53,011 bases of DNA from NCBI GenBank assembly GCA_964489445.1, contig CAZAYU010000004.1, positions 141,198-194,208 on the forward strand, written 5' to 3'. Shown in pieces: positions 37,201 through 52,200 of the stretch. The notes beneath the pieces are model-generated. The model searched no databases. It saw only the letters and a program-made list of their open reading frames with translations, and had not been told where the DNA came from. A program made the position numbers and the translations under genes. This stretch comes from an uncultured Planctomycetia bacterium (GTDB taxonomy: Bacteria > Omnitrophota > Gorgyraeia > Duberdicusellales > 4484-171). The stretch's first letter is position 1; every line of letters begins with the position of its first letter.

Positions 37201-40200
37201 GCGCCGTTATAAAGGTCAGACGTAGCATCACTTCCGGTAGCAGCATTAACCGTAAGTTGACTATAGCTGTTAGCAACTATTGAGTTGATCGCCTGTCCAA
37301 CAGGAGCAATAGTGTCAATCTGGTAAGGTCCTTTAGAAATATCATTTGCCCGATTTCCAGCACCATCAATAGCTTTTATGTGGATGTAATTATTCGGACT
37401 TTCATCAAAAACAATTGTACTTATTGCAATTGCGCTTTGATAAATAATAGTATTAGACGTAGTCAATAAAGTATCGCTATTGCTTAAATTCTTATAAATA
37501 TTATAACCGGAAATAGGAGTGGTAACTACATCGGAAGAAATCTTTACTATCCGGGTATTATCCCACCATACTTGGCCGCCGCTATTAGGATCATCAGCAA
37601 AATAAGATATAGTGACTGTACCACTGGCCGAAGTAGTAAAAATAGTCCGAATTTCGGCCCAGTCAGAAATTCCGCTGGCAGTAGAATAATTAACAATTGA
37701 ACCACTTCCAGTAACATTACATTTTGCTAATCCAGAAGTAAGGTTAGTTTTTACAAACGCAGAAAATAAATAAGTAGAATTGGCATCAATGTCAGCACCG
37801 ATTGTTAATACAGCGCCTCTATAAGCATCAGAAGCAGAACAAGAAAATTTTAGACTAGCATTTCCTTTATACTTATTCGATTCATCAAAGCTAAAAGTGC
37901 CATTTTGAGTGATAGAGTCTTCTTTAATGTAACCTGGATATTCAGTATTCTCCATCGAAGGATCAAAAACTAAATTACTTTGGTTTCCTTCATTATCCAT
38001 AGCGATTTCCTGATAATAATAATTGCTGCCATTAGAAACCGGAGCAATCCAGGAAAAAGCAACAGTATTATCATTAGAGACTCCATATTTCCATTCGGTT
38101 AAGGTATGAGTATCATCACAGCTAATCTCACTTAATACCGCAGGTGCAGCCTTATCAACCGGCCCAACATCATAAATTTCTACTTCTACCAACCCGATGG
38201 AACCGGCATTTTCCCAATTGGAAGTATTAGCGATTCTTACATAACGACAGGCAACCGGGTTACCACTATTTAAAATCGGAAACGCCTGAGGCGCGGGATT
38301 ACCACTTCCATCCTCAGAAGCTAAAGTCCCACTATAACGTTGAGTATAATTGGAATTATCCGGACTTGTAGAAATAGTAAACGCCTTAAACCCTCCGGAA
38401 TATTGATTAAGATTATATATTACCGCCCGATCAACAGTTCTTATCGCACCTAAGTCAATAGTAACACTGCCTGTGGCTGCACCATAAGTCCAAGCAGTAG
38501 ATAAATTGTTATCAATAAGATTGGCAGGGTTAGTGCCGCCAGAGGCGGAAACGGAAACTTCCGAGACGACATCATTGTATAAATTGTCATAGGCAACTAC
38601 TCCGGCTCCCGAATCAGTAGTTCCGGTATAAGGAGAATCTAAAGTGATAGAATTGGAAGTTATTGCTTGTACCTGATAAATAGAAGACTCAAACGGGTCA
38701 ACACTGGAATTATAAATTGATACATAATCGCCAGTAGAAAAATAAGAAGTTAGGTTTACAGATGTAGTAACAGATGTGCTATTGTTAGTGACCGATAATG
38801 TTCCAGAAGTAATAGTATCAGCAATCAACGGACGGATAGAGACATTATCAAATTCAACAACAGAACCCTCTGTAGATAATCCGAATCGATAATTGCTATC
38901 GGTAAAATCAGAATTATCGTAGCTCATCACAAATTGATCATTAATGTATAGCCGGTAGTGATCATCCTTACAAATTATCATTGCATGGTATACAATATCA
39001 TTATCAAGATCATAGATTATTTTTCCTTGTTCTTTTTTAAGACTTCCGTTTAACGTTTCCTGCCAGAACCAATATGTACTTCCCCTCATTTTCTCATACC
39101 CAAACCAGACAAAATTATTTGAATCTTTGTATCTGGCAACCAAATAAATATTGCGTCCGGAGGTACGCTCAAAATCAATTTCAACCACTCGGTTTTTGGA
39201 ATAACCTGGATCAGTATATGTTGAGTTAGTAGTGTCATCACAAGACATAATTCCGGAAGATATAGAAGCTCCAGAAGTTAATATCCAATTTCCGGGAGTT
39301 GATGAAAAACTATCCCAAAGTCCGTCAGCAGGAAAATAATCACCAGTTAATGCCGAGGCGCGATTAAAAGTGTACCCGGACAAAGAAGTATCTGTAGGAT
39401 CAGACACACTCCAGGATAAATCAATACTCCCCATATCCGAAGAATTAGACACTATTTCTGTTTCCGGAATAGTAGGCTTGACCCGGTCAACAGTAACTAC
39501 ACCGTCATCGATATTCGAATAAGCAGTTTCATCATCTTCTAAATTCCGGCCTTTGACTCGATACCAGCGATGCTCACCCTGACCAAGCCCAGAGTGAATA
39601 TATAATACATGTAAATTCTCTTCAAAAGCTACATCACTATCCGTAGCACCACAATATCCATTATATGCAGGATTAGGAAAAGCAGGCAATATCGTTAAAA
39701 CATCGCTGACATCATTAATATCCATGATCTTATAAATACCTGCATGATCAGTGCTATCAATTTTTATATATTCACTAACTTCCAAAACATCATTTAAATC
39801 TCCGGAAAAACCAACAACCGACACTGTATCGCTACCCTGAGTAACATTAAGGGTAGCCTCAACAACGGTGCCTTCCACATATTTAATATCCGGAACCCAG
39901 CTACCTTCGGGAGCAGTATCTGTGGTTAAAATTTCCCATCCAGTAGTTCCGTTGGGAGAGGCTTCGATATCGTAAGAATAAGAAGTATAAGTCCAGGTAA
40001 TTTTTAATCCGCCGCCGCCGGAATTAAGTGTACCGGCAGAATCTGAGCTTTCTACAGAAGTAATCACCGGAATTTTAGGAAGAGACCACTTGCATAAAGT
40101 TACATAATCACCACTGTCATCTACATACCCTCCATCACCATCAATATCCGGATCGCCATCACCATTACGATACCAAACACGGTAACAATAATAGTAATCA

Positions 40201-43200
40201 GGATACAATCCTTCTTCTAGGTCTTCGGGATTATCATCCGTCCATGTATTATCTGCAGACTGCCAACCAGAAGTCCAATACTCACTATTGTAATTATCAG
40301 GATCAACATTATCAAACTTATACCCAGAAGAACCAGAACCATGATTAGGAAATGTATCTACAGTTAAATCAATGTACGGTTTTTCATCGACCACATCAGA
40401 CACTGCGTCAAATCCAGTGGGTAAATTACAAAGAGTATATTTAGAACTAGAACCTACATAACTAGTAGTATTATGCCAGTTGCCCCGGATTTCTTGTGTA
40501 TTATCTTGGGCAGAAATAGTATAAGTATACTGAGTATTTTCTGAACGTCCAGTATCGGAAACAGAGAGATCATTCCAGAAATAATTATTTTCCGAATGCC
40601 CGGTTGAATAAATAATTGTCGAATCCCGCTTAACACTTACCCCTACATCATCTACGGTATACGGATAGCCAGAACCACTTCCGTTATCTGCAGGTAAACT
40701 CCAGTTAAGATTTATTTGACTACCAGAAACAGCATCAACTACAGAAAAGCTGGGATTATTAGGAGCAGCAGTATCGGTAAATAATTTAACATGCTGGTTC
40801 CATCCAGAGAAATTACCGGCTTTATCATAATCAGCAATATAAATCCAGTTTTCTCCACTTAAGTTTTGCCAGGTACCCGACCAATTCGGATCACCTTCAG
40901 TAGCTCCGTTCCAGGCAGTACACGGAGCGGTAACTGAATTGTATGAACCGGTTTCATTATTGCGGTCAATATTCCAGATAGTGTAATCAACATTACTAGG
41001 ACAATCCTGCGATGTTCCGTTGATAGTAATTGTACCAGTATTATTGTAATAAGAACTACCATTGGTGTGGGAAGAAAGAGTTACCGTAGGTAAAACTGTA
41101 TCAACCCAAATCGGCCCGGTAGTTTGAATGCCAGAAAGATTACCGGCACCGTCTTCGGCTTTTACGTGTATATAATGAATATAGTTTACACAATCACCGT
41201 CTAAGGCCGGAGTAGTAATATTTACTGTAGTCCGCGGAACCCAAGTCCAGTTTGTAGTATTAAAAGCGGGTGGAGTACTAGTAGCTATTGTTTTCGCCCA
41301 CCAATATCCAGAAATGGGGGTAGTGACGTTAACGGATTTAACTTCATAAATCTCTATATCATCTATGTAAACATCAACATCTTGATACCCAAACACCCAA
41401 AATTGGTTTGTATAAGTGGGTGTTCCATATTGAACAGTATAAGTTCTTTCTACGTGTTTCCAATCTGTAGACTGTTCACCACTTAATATAAATTCCCAAT
41501 GCGTTCCACCATTGTACCCACCAACCCTAAAGCTTCCATTGTAATCTGCTCTCGAAACTTTATACCAAAATGACAAATGATATGTTTTCCCAGCTTCTTG
41601 AGAAAATACATTTGATCTAAAAGATACAGCTTCTCCGCCAGAATTCACATCAAATTTTGCATAACTACCCGCAGGACCATTAGGCTCCACACTTACAGCG
41701 CCGGCTCCACCAATTGACCAATCATTTGTATTTTTTTCAAAATATGGATTTAATATAAAATTATCACTGCTTTTGTTTCCTTCACCATCCACCGTAGATG
41801 CATAATAAAAATAATCGTCACCGTTAGATAGCGGTTGAGTATACCCAAAATCAACTGTGTTATCATTAGATATTCCCGACTGCCAAACAGAAGTATTGTG
41901 ACTGTTTGAACCATCTGCCGGATTTTTTTCCGGGATGCTCGGAGCTTGGTTATCTCCTTTGTCAGCGCCAATCGGAGTAAATTTAACCCAATCAAAAGTT
42001 TGGGCTATTGCACCGTCGGACATCAACCAAATATTCATGTCCGCATTAGGAGCAATATCGTATTTTTTCTTTAAAATACCATTTTGATAAAGTTCAGCAT
42101 GACTGTTTTTCACAAATATTATTTTATAGTAGTAATCTTGTCCAGCAGCATAAGTACCGGATTGATTCTGAGACCCTCCGGGATAACAGTCTTCATACAG
42201 CAGGCCTCCGCTCCAATGATGAAAAAATACTGAATTGCTGCTTGAAGGATAAGTTGTAAATTGCCCGTCACTCATTCCAAACCGGGCAGCAGAACTGGTA
42301 GACGCGCTGTTTATTTTTATCTCTAATACACCGCTTCCGTATTTATCAGTAGTATGTATTTCATTATCCGTGCCCGATAAAGCGATTGTGCCATTAGCTA
42401 AAGTAGGTGAGCCATTCACTACCCAGCCATTCGTATCTCCATCAGAAAAATTATCATAAAATCCACCAAATGTATCCGCATAATCTGAACCATTCCAAAC
42501 AGCCGGTTGTTCAGCACCGAAAGAAGCTGACGGCTCAGGAGAAGTATATTTGCGAATAATTACCGAAAAATCATCGTAATACCCTCCGGCATTGCCTCCC
42601 CCACCAAAGCCACCGCAAGAATTATTATAATCGCCTCCTTCTACCTGAACCCGGACTTTTGCCGTATTCGAAGGCATAGTTTCAGAAACATCCGTATACT
42701 TAAGCCAAGTCCAACCAGAAGTATACCCTAACCCGGAAAAACTAGGGCCAAGATAAGAGCCAATTTGACTTTCACCGGAATTATAATAAACTAATCTTAA
42801 CCGAGAATCATCTTCACCGCCGGTTTCCGAAAGATCAGGACATCCGGAACCATTAAACACTATTCCTTGAAACCAATAGGTTGCCTCAACAATATAGCGG
42901 TCATTGCTACCAACAGAAACATCCTGATACATGTAAGTAGTTGGGTAAGTAGCTGCTGAACCTTCATCGTCACAAACTGCGTTACAACTATAGGAGTTAC
43001 CGAAGCTTTTTGTGCCAGAATGAGCTTTTAGAGTGTTAACCTCTAGACAATCATTGTCAGCTGTACCATCAAAATGATTCCAGCCAAAATTCTGCACTGT
43101 GGCGCTGGGCTCCAAACAGGTATTGGTTTCTTCAAAATCCGGATTTTTAAGATCATACGGAAAAACAAAAGATTTATTAGATAAAGACTCAGCTTCGCTA

Positions 43201-46200
43201 TTTCCATAATACATCCAAATAATTTTAGAGCTAGAAGCGGGGATATACGGAACTTTTACCCAAACAGAAGCAGTAGTTGAAGCAGTATAACTTTCGACCC
43301 AATAACTAATTGGAGTCCCGTCAGAATCGAAGAAACGTAAGTCGTCAAAATCAGCCTGCATATCCGAATCATAAGTAACAGTCAAATTAACCTGATAATT
43401 ATTAAGATTATTAGCGTTGCCGGCATTGTTAATTGTCACTGCCTTTTTCTGTTTCCGATTATCAAGAATGTCTAATAATTCATAAGTACCACTGGAAGCC
43501 GTTGAACGATAATAAGCGTATTTTGGTGCACCACTGGCGTAAAGATTGTGCACTTGGCGATTGCTTAAAGCAGTATTATAAACTCGAACTTCATCGATTT
43601 TACCATCCCAATCATATGAGCTATCCGTAGGCCTACCGGAACCAATAATTAATTCTTGATTAAAATTATAAGAAGTATAAGATTTTTGATAAACATACTC
43701 TCCATCTATAAAGAACTTAGCATTAGATCCATCAAAAACAATTGCCATGTGATGCCAATTAGAATCTGCAGCACCACCGCTAGTTTCTCCCCAACCACTA
43801 GACTGGACTCCCATACTCCAATATCCACCAGTATGTCCAAAATAAGCTCGGGTACTAGCACTCCAGTTTCCTTGAATAAGATACATTTTTCCTGCGGAAG
43901 GATTGTCGGATTTAACCCAAAGTGAATAAGTGCACGGTTGGGTATTAGGATTTACTCCGTTTCCGTAACTAGTTGTTACATAGTCGCCACTTCCGTCAAA
44001 ATCCAAAGCTTTACCGAATTTACCGTCAACCCAGTCCGTAGCCGGATCCATTCCAGTAAGCGTTCCTTGATTTCCATTGCCGGTTAAATCATAGGCGGTC
44101 GCGGCCACCCCTTCATCAAAGCTCCAGTAAGCAGCTAAATTAGCATCACCCGGTTTTGCCGAAAGTTCGACATAATCTCTTCCGGTAGAATAATTAGCCT
44201 GGATTTCGGAAGCAGTAAGTGCGCGATCGTAAACATGAACCTCATCAATGAGTCCGTTGAAATTATATGCTGAGCCACCATCCCAATCTCCGATAGAATA
44301 AGTTCCGTACCCTAAAGTTGCTGTTCCAACATTTGTATCTCCGATATCCACCCCATTCAAATACCAATCAATATTAGATCCGGAACGAGAAACAACAACA
44401 TAATACCAAACATTATTATTTACGGTAGCACCTATAGTGCTTGAAGCAACATCTGCCCAATTGCCAGGCGTTGAGAACCTATATTTGAATCCGCCGGAAG
44501 AAACAGCAAAATCTATACCAGTTGTCTTGGGAACATCACTATAAAGCCCACTCCTAAACAAACCTCTTTCAGTAGCATCATATTGATTAAACCACATGCT
44601 AATTGTCCAGTTATCATTACTAGGATTAAATACAGAACCAACTTCAACATAATCACTGCCGCCATCAAAACTCAAAACCCCACCGGATACACCGTTAGCG
44701 TTATATGTCGCACCATTATTTGTTCCGTCATTACCATAAGCGCTGGAATCTCTTCCTACGTCTGAGCTGTTATCAAAGCTCCAATAACCGATACAATTTG
44801 ATTCGGCAGTTCCTAAACTAGATACCACCGGAGCAGTTCGGTCTAAAGTCGTAACTAGAGTTCCTGTTGATAAGCTAGTAACTACTGCGTCACCATTTTT
44901 CGCTTTTACTTTAAACGTATAAGTAGTATTATCGTCGAGATTAAGAATATCCTGCCCCAACTCACCATTCCAATCAACAAAAATCTGCCAGACTTCACTT
45001 ACTTCATCAAGCAGGCCGTCTGATCCTAACCATTTACTTACATCGGTATTTTCATTAGTTCCATAAATTGCATAAGTAGTCTCAGAAGAATTATCATTAG
45101 TATCAATTTTTAAATTGACCTTGCCTAATTCTGAATTTAACGGCTGATTCGTATAGGCAATTAATGTCAGAGGATTGGGAAGATTAGAATAAGTATATTT
45201 ATAAGCCGGAGAAGGCGTACTCCAGCCAGTTTCATTTCCTGCTCTGTCTCTTACTTTCCAGCGAAAGGCATAAGAAATATTCGGTAAAAGCCCTGAAGGC
45301 GTCCAGGTTCCAGCACACCAACCGCTATTAGCGGAAGCAGAAACAAAAGAAGTATTATCAGCATCATATTCAAAATAACACCATGTAGTTTCCAGGCCAC
45401 TTAGCGCATCTGTAGCCCCGGAAACACTGACATTGATGCTGTTTTCGGTAATTGTACCATAGGCTAGTGTTCCCGGATTATTAGGAATAGTATAATCGAT
45501 ATAGTAAGGGCCAAGATCATTAGAAGTATCATCCCAATTACCGGCATTATCTACCGAGCGGATATGAAAATAATTCCCGGTTCCTTCCGGGAAAGTAATT
45601 CCTACTGAAACAGCAGCTTCTTGTAAATCCTTTGTTGTTCCGGTCCAATCAGCAGAACTGGTATTTACTCCCCAATCATATCCGTCTAATCCACTTAAGT
45701 TATCTGTCGCTGCAGTCCAACTAAAAGTTACATTAGGATTATTAGAAATACCTGATTGCCATCCGTTGATATTATGACTATCGTCGGCAAGACTTCCTAC
45801 TTCCGAAGGATCAGTTGCGTCAATCCAATACGGCCCTTTATAAATATCTCCGGACCAGTTTCCAGCAGAATCAATGGCTTTAATATGAATATAATTAGCT
45901 TGGCTATCGGGAAAAGCAACTGTACTGATTGTTGTCGCACTTTGATAAATAGTATTGTCAGTAGTACTTAACACTGTATCCCCGCTGCTTAAATTTTTAT
46001 AAATATTGTAACCAGAAATACCTGCCTTTACCTCCTCGGAAGAAACTTTTACTAATTTAGCATCATCCCAATAAACAGTTCCAGAAGGACTATTTATTCC
46101 GGAATAAGAAAGTGTAACCGTACCACTGGCTGAAGTTTGGAAAATCGTGCGAATTTGGGTCCAATCAGAAGTACCGGACGCTGTACCTGCCGTACCCTGA

Positions 46201-49200
46201 ATAGTTCCAGCACCGGAGACATCACACTTTGCCTGACCAGCATTTAAGGCAACAGTTTTAACAAAAGCGGAAAATAGATAAATAGAATTTGCATCAATAT
46301 GCGTTCCGATAGTAAAATCGGAAGACCAGACAGAATTACTTCCGGAATAAATAACTTTTAAACTATAATTGCCTTTGTGTTTTATACCTGTATCAAACGA
46401 CTCAGTTGCCGCACCATGTGTATTAGAGCCAACTCTTAAATATCCCTGGTTGACCGGATTTTCCATTACCGGATCATAAATTAAATTGCTTTGGTTTCCT
46501 TCATTATCAAAAGCTTGTTCGTAATAATAATAAGTTGTCCCATTAGAATCAGCGGGGGCAGACCAGGAAAAAGCCACTGCGTTATCATTAGAAACTCCAA
46601 ATTGCCATTGGCTTAAGCCATGAGTATCAGTACAATTAATTGCGCTCAACGCATCTGGAGCAGCTTTGTCAATCGGACTAACATCATAAATTTCTACTTC
46701 CATCAATCCGGTATAACCACCATCACCCCAATTAGAAGTATTAGCGATTCTTACATAACGGCAGATAACCGGATTACCGCTATTTAAAATCGGAAATACC
46801 TGAGGCGCCGGATTTCCAACGCCATCTTCAGCCACTAACACTTCGGTATAACGAGTAACGAAACCGGAAGTAGGTTGATTACTAGTAGAAATGGTGAAAT
46901 CTTTAAATCCTCTTGTGTAGTATGAAGTTTCATTATAATTATAAATCACTGCCCGGTCTATTTTTCGTAGTTTTCCTAAATCAAGAGTAATGTATCCGGT
47001 AGTTGTACCATTAGTTAACCACTGATTACTGACGCTAGTTCCGGTTTTAACAGAATCAATAGCTTTAGTTGCCTCTCTTCCTGAATATTGAGAACTGTAG
47101 TTAGCAATTGCTCCGCCTAAAGCTGAAGCCGCACGGTTAATCGCTAAATCGGTATCAACAAGATGACCATTATCCGGAGTTCCGGCAACTAGCGGACGAG
47201 CCTTTACATTGTCAAATGTTGCTCCGGAAGAATAACTTAATAGACCAATTCCACCGGAAGCATGGCCGGTAAAATCATACTCACCGACAAAAAAATCATC
47301 TACATATAACTTAACATTCTGCCCATCTACCTTTAGCATAATACGATAAGTTACTCCGGCAGTAATTCCCGGATAGCGTTCACTGGCAACATCAACATAT
47401 GAGCCGGTAGCTGCGGTAGTTACACTATCTCTCAACCGCCAGTAATTCCAGCTGGGATTAGCAACTAAAGACATTGTATCTGTTGAACCAGCAGTATTGC
47501 TATTTCTGAATACTACTGCCAGATACCCGGCAGAAGATAATTTAGCGTCAAATTCAAAGATAAAATCTGTATAGGAATGGGTTAAATCTTGCGCCCACAT
47601 CCAGCTAGCTGTAGTCGCCGAATTAACTAGTTGTTCAGAGGTAACCGCCCATGAGCCATTGGTCATAGTAAACCCTTCAGAATTACCGTCAGAAAAATTA
47701 TCCGATAATCCTTCAACCGAATCATAAGTTCCGGTTGAAGAAGGAGCGCGATTAAACGTGTACCCGGCGACATCCGAACCGGTTCCGTCTACCGCATCCC
47801 AGGTAAAAGAGACATTTCCCATCTCCGTAGTTGAGGAAAAAAGAGTTACTTCGGGAATTCCCGGTTGAGTCCGGTCAGCAGTAACTATTCCATCGGGGGG
47901 AGGAATAGAGGAATAATCAGTCCAAACATTATCTAGATTCCTGCCTTTTACCCGATAATAGAGTAAATCACCACAACTTAATCCAGAATGAATATACACT
48001 ATCTCTCTTCGTTTTACACTGGCACTTCCATCAGAATCATTGGTTTCGGTATACGGAACATCTAAGGTAATACTAGAAGTAGTCATGCTCTTAACCGTAT
48101 AGATTGATGACTCTGAAGGATCAGTATTAACAATCTTTATCGTATCTCCAGCGCTTATGTAACTGGTTAAATCAGTAGTAGTAATCACCTGATTACCATT
48201 AGTAACATTAGCACTTCCGGTAGTATCTGTATCTTCTATTTCTAAAATGCTCGATGGAGGTGTTTCATTGTCAATGCCCGGAGCTATTGACCAAGTACCC
48301 GCTCCGTCCGGATCTTCCGAACCATCACTATCGGTAAGGGAAGATTTGAGAGTGTAGCTCTTAGAAGTATGATGCCATCTAATCTTTAGACCACCGGCTC
48401 CAGAATTAAGTGGACCGGAATAAGCAGAAGTTTCAATAGAAATAATTTGCGGTATCGCCGGGCGAGTATACATACTTTCTACCGCACTAAAAGCAGTCTC
48501 TACATTATCTCCGTTACGTGCCTTAACTTTAAACCGGTAAATTTTATCAGCCACAAGACCAGTTACTTCGCAATTACCCCATTCACTATACGTTTTCCAT
48601 TCTGCTGTTCCTCCGCCAATAATTGCATTTTCTGTCGATGCCCAATCTAAATATTTGGTAGTATTGAAACTAGTTGCATCGAAATCATCATCTACAACAA
48701 TCGCGTACTGAGTATTGCCAGCATTTGTCCAAGTTTCAACTCCAGTTGCTGGATTACCATTGCGATTAATAGATACTTGTAAACGATCAATAGAAGTTCC
48801 AGCAATTAAAGAAACTGTGGGAGCATCAGGAACATTACAAAGGGTATATTTAGAAATTGTTGCTGAATACGCTGACTCATTATGCCAGGTACCCTTACTT
48901 TCATTATAATTATCGTGGGCTTTAGATTGATACCCATATTGAGTATTTAATAAAAGTTCAGAATCTGAATAAGAATAAGTAGAAGATGTGGTTTGAATCC
49001 AACCAGAATCAGTACCATTATTTACATTAGTAGTTTCATTGACATAAACCCCAACATCACCTACGCGATACCATTCAATACTGTCATTGTAAGTTTCATT
49101 TAAATATTGTGCGGCCCCAGCTTGAGCTCCAGTTCCAGCACCTTGATCGGAAGGAAGATTACCACTAATAGTAATCTGATTCGTTGAGTTAACTACTACC

Positions 49201-52200
49201 ATAGGAGCCGAAGGAACATTCGGTTGGACATTATCCACAAATACATCACAATACATTGATTCACCCCAACGAATTGAGTAATTTCCGGCTTTATCTAGTG
49301 AATCAAAATGCCAGCGGTTATGACCACTTATGCCGGTAAACGTAGACGACCATGTGCCGTCATCATCATTTAACACGTTTTTATCATCCCAGGTGTAATC
49401 ATAATTATTACCCCAAGCCCCCCAAACTACACCGATAGTACTTAACCCGGAAGGAACATCAGCGGCAGCTCCGGTAATTGTAATCGAAGTAGAATTAGTA
49501 AAGAAATCCTGACCGTCAGTTGTCCACGATTGGCCAATAACTGTATTGGGGTTTAATGTTGGAAGAGTGGTATCAATCCAAATCGGGCCAATAGTTTGAA
49601 CTGCAGAAATATTTCCAGCACCATCTTCAGCTTTAACATAAATATTATGGATAGAGTCGGCTGCTCCTCCGGTTAATACAGCAGTAACCTCGCTTAATGT
49701 TGTTCGCGAAACCCAGGTACCACCACTTTCCGGAGTTGAATCATCAACTGCCCACCAATATCCGGAAACAGGTGTAGCTACAATTGATGATTCTATTGAT
49801 GTATCTATCTCGTTACCTTCGTCGTCTAATGTAGTCAAAGAATAAAAGTAATCATCCGGAGAACCGGAATCAGAGTTAGCTTCCAACCATTCAAAATCAA
49901 CATTAGGAATGTTAGAAATATTTGATTGCCAGACTCCCATATTGTGTGTGGATGAACCATCAGTATTATCTTTTACCGGAGTAGTAGGAATTAGCGTATC
50001 CCCACCGGAGGAAGGAATTACCTTAATATTATCTACATACCAAGTAGTATCTACAGTTCCATAGCCATAACTAGCAAACCAGATCTTCTTAATACCCGTA
50101 GATCCGGCATCAGCAAACGCTACAGTATTGCAATGTTCACCATTAATATAGTACCTTACAACATTATTTGTATTATCAATATACACCTTAAAATGATAAG
50201 TACTTCCTACTGACAATCCAGACTCTACCGACTGCCATCCGGCAGAAATATATGTTTGCCAATGTTCATTACTTATGGCCGAGTGAATTATTTCGGTGGT
50301 CCAACTGGTATTAGAAGTTGAATCTCCTACCTCAAACAAAAAGTCCCAGCTGTTAGAATCAGTAACCGTTAAATCAAATTCAATAGTTGCATTAGCGGTA
50401 ATTTCCGAAGGCAATTGGTACATTGCGTAATCATAAGATTCACTGGGTGCAGAAGCCGGATGCACCATTTTTAAGCGTCCATTATCCACAGTATAAGCCG
50501 CACCATCAGTTATATCTTTAGTCCAGCCGATTGAAGTAATATCACTTCCGGTTAATATCCCAGAAAAATCTTGAGCATAACCGCCAAAAGTATCCACTAT
50601 CTCGTTTGTGCTAATTAATGGCGTTACTGTAATATCTTTAAAGTATTTGCTGTTTACATTTCCATAACCGGCTAAATTAAAGTGTGTACCGGAAGCATTG
50701 GGGGTGCGCGCTGAACCTTTTAATATCTGTACTCCATCAATTGCAACCGTTATTGCATTATTAGAATCAATAAGGATATCAAACTGATACTCAGTATTAT
50801 ATGCAAAAGTATAACTTGAACTTTGAAACGGTGAATTAGAACCGTCAATTAATCCGACAACATTTCCATAACCCTGGTTTTTAAATACTACACCGTAACC
50901 GTTCCAAGGAGCATATGTTCCGCTAGAAGGAGCGCGCACACTGACAATTGCCTCTTCATTAGCCGCTGCTTCAAAGCCAAAAGTTCCGGAAATCTTTAAA
51001 TTATTTTGTTGAGCAATCGGTTGTTGAACTCCGGCATCATAATAAAAATATAAATTATTACTTAATATTTTATTATCACTGGCACTGACTTCTGTGCCTA
51101 CACTTTGTCCATTCCGTGATTCAATCCATACACCTCCGGTAGATGCCAAACCAACTGTATCACTATTTGCTCGCGTAAAACTATCATAAATCGCCGCATC
51201 GCCTACCGGTTCATAAGTTCCGCCTAAAGTGCTTGAACGGTAATAAGTATACTTAGGAGCACCACTAGCATAAAGATCGTGCACCTCTTGAGCACTCAGT
51301 GCAGAACTATAAATCCGGACTTCATCGATTTTACCATTGGCAGTATACCCGGCATAACCACCACCTATTGCTGAATATTGTGCATTCGCACCTATTCCTC
51401 CACTTTCCGTATTTTTCAACTCACCATCGATAAAAATACTTCTGGAATCGGTATCCATTACCCAGATTACATGATGCCATTGATTTAAAGATATCCCGGT
51501 TGTAGTTTGAATAACTGTATTATCAAACCGAAAATATACTTTTTCATTAGACCCCATATGACCTACTTCAAGATTATTAGCTCCATCAATAAGGCTAAAC
51601 CAACGCGGATTGCTAGCGTCATCACGCGGATTAACCCAAAATGCTATTGTAAAATCTCCAGACAAACTAGCACTACTATCCGGTATACTCACATAATCAT
51701 CCGTTCCATCAAAATCTAAACCTGTATTGAACTTACCAACTATCCAGTCTGTATCCAAATCCATATTGATAAGTGTTCCTTTCTTCTCATTACCACTAGA
51801 ATCATAAGCAACGGCTCCGAAACCTTCATCAAAATCCCAGTAAGCAGCTAAATTAGCATCACCGGGTTTTGCCGAAAGTTCAACGTAATCTCTACCGGTT
51901 GAATAATTTGCCTCGATCTCAGAATCAGTAAGTGCACGATTATAAATCCGAGTTTCATCAACAATGCCATTTAAATAACCAATCCTCACAGACTTAGCAA
52001 TATACAGTGGTTCCGAAGAACTAAAAGAAACGTTCCTGCTAAACGAATTACTACCTACAGCATCTTTAAACCCCTGCATTGTTCCATTTTGTCTTCTGAC
52101 TACCACATGGTGCCATTTTCCATCTTCGATATTCGCCATAACTGAACCAAACTCACCAGCATTACCCGCCGTGTATGTACCTCCAGCTAAGTCCATATAA

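Noticed and set aside
33503-48218. Intein or insertion-sequence explanation for the repeated small module
   Set aside because: Too short for an intein, no N-terminal Cys/Ser plus C-terminal His-Asn signature, no terminal inverted repeats or transposase.
31337-51719. Short alternative-frame and antisense ORFs inside the giant gene
   Set aside because: Fully nested in a long, domain-rich frame; no motifs; expected by chance over 22 kb.
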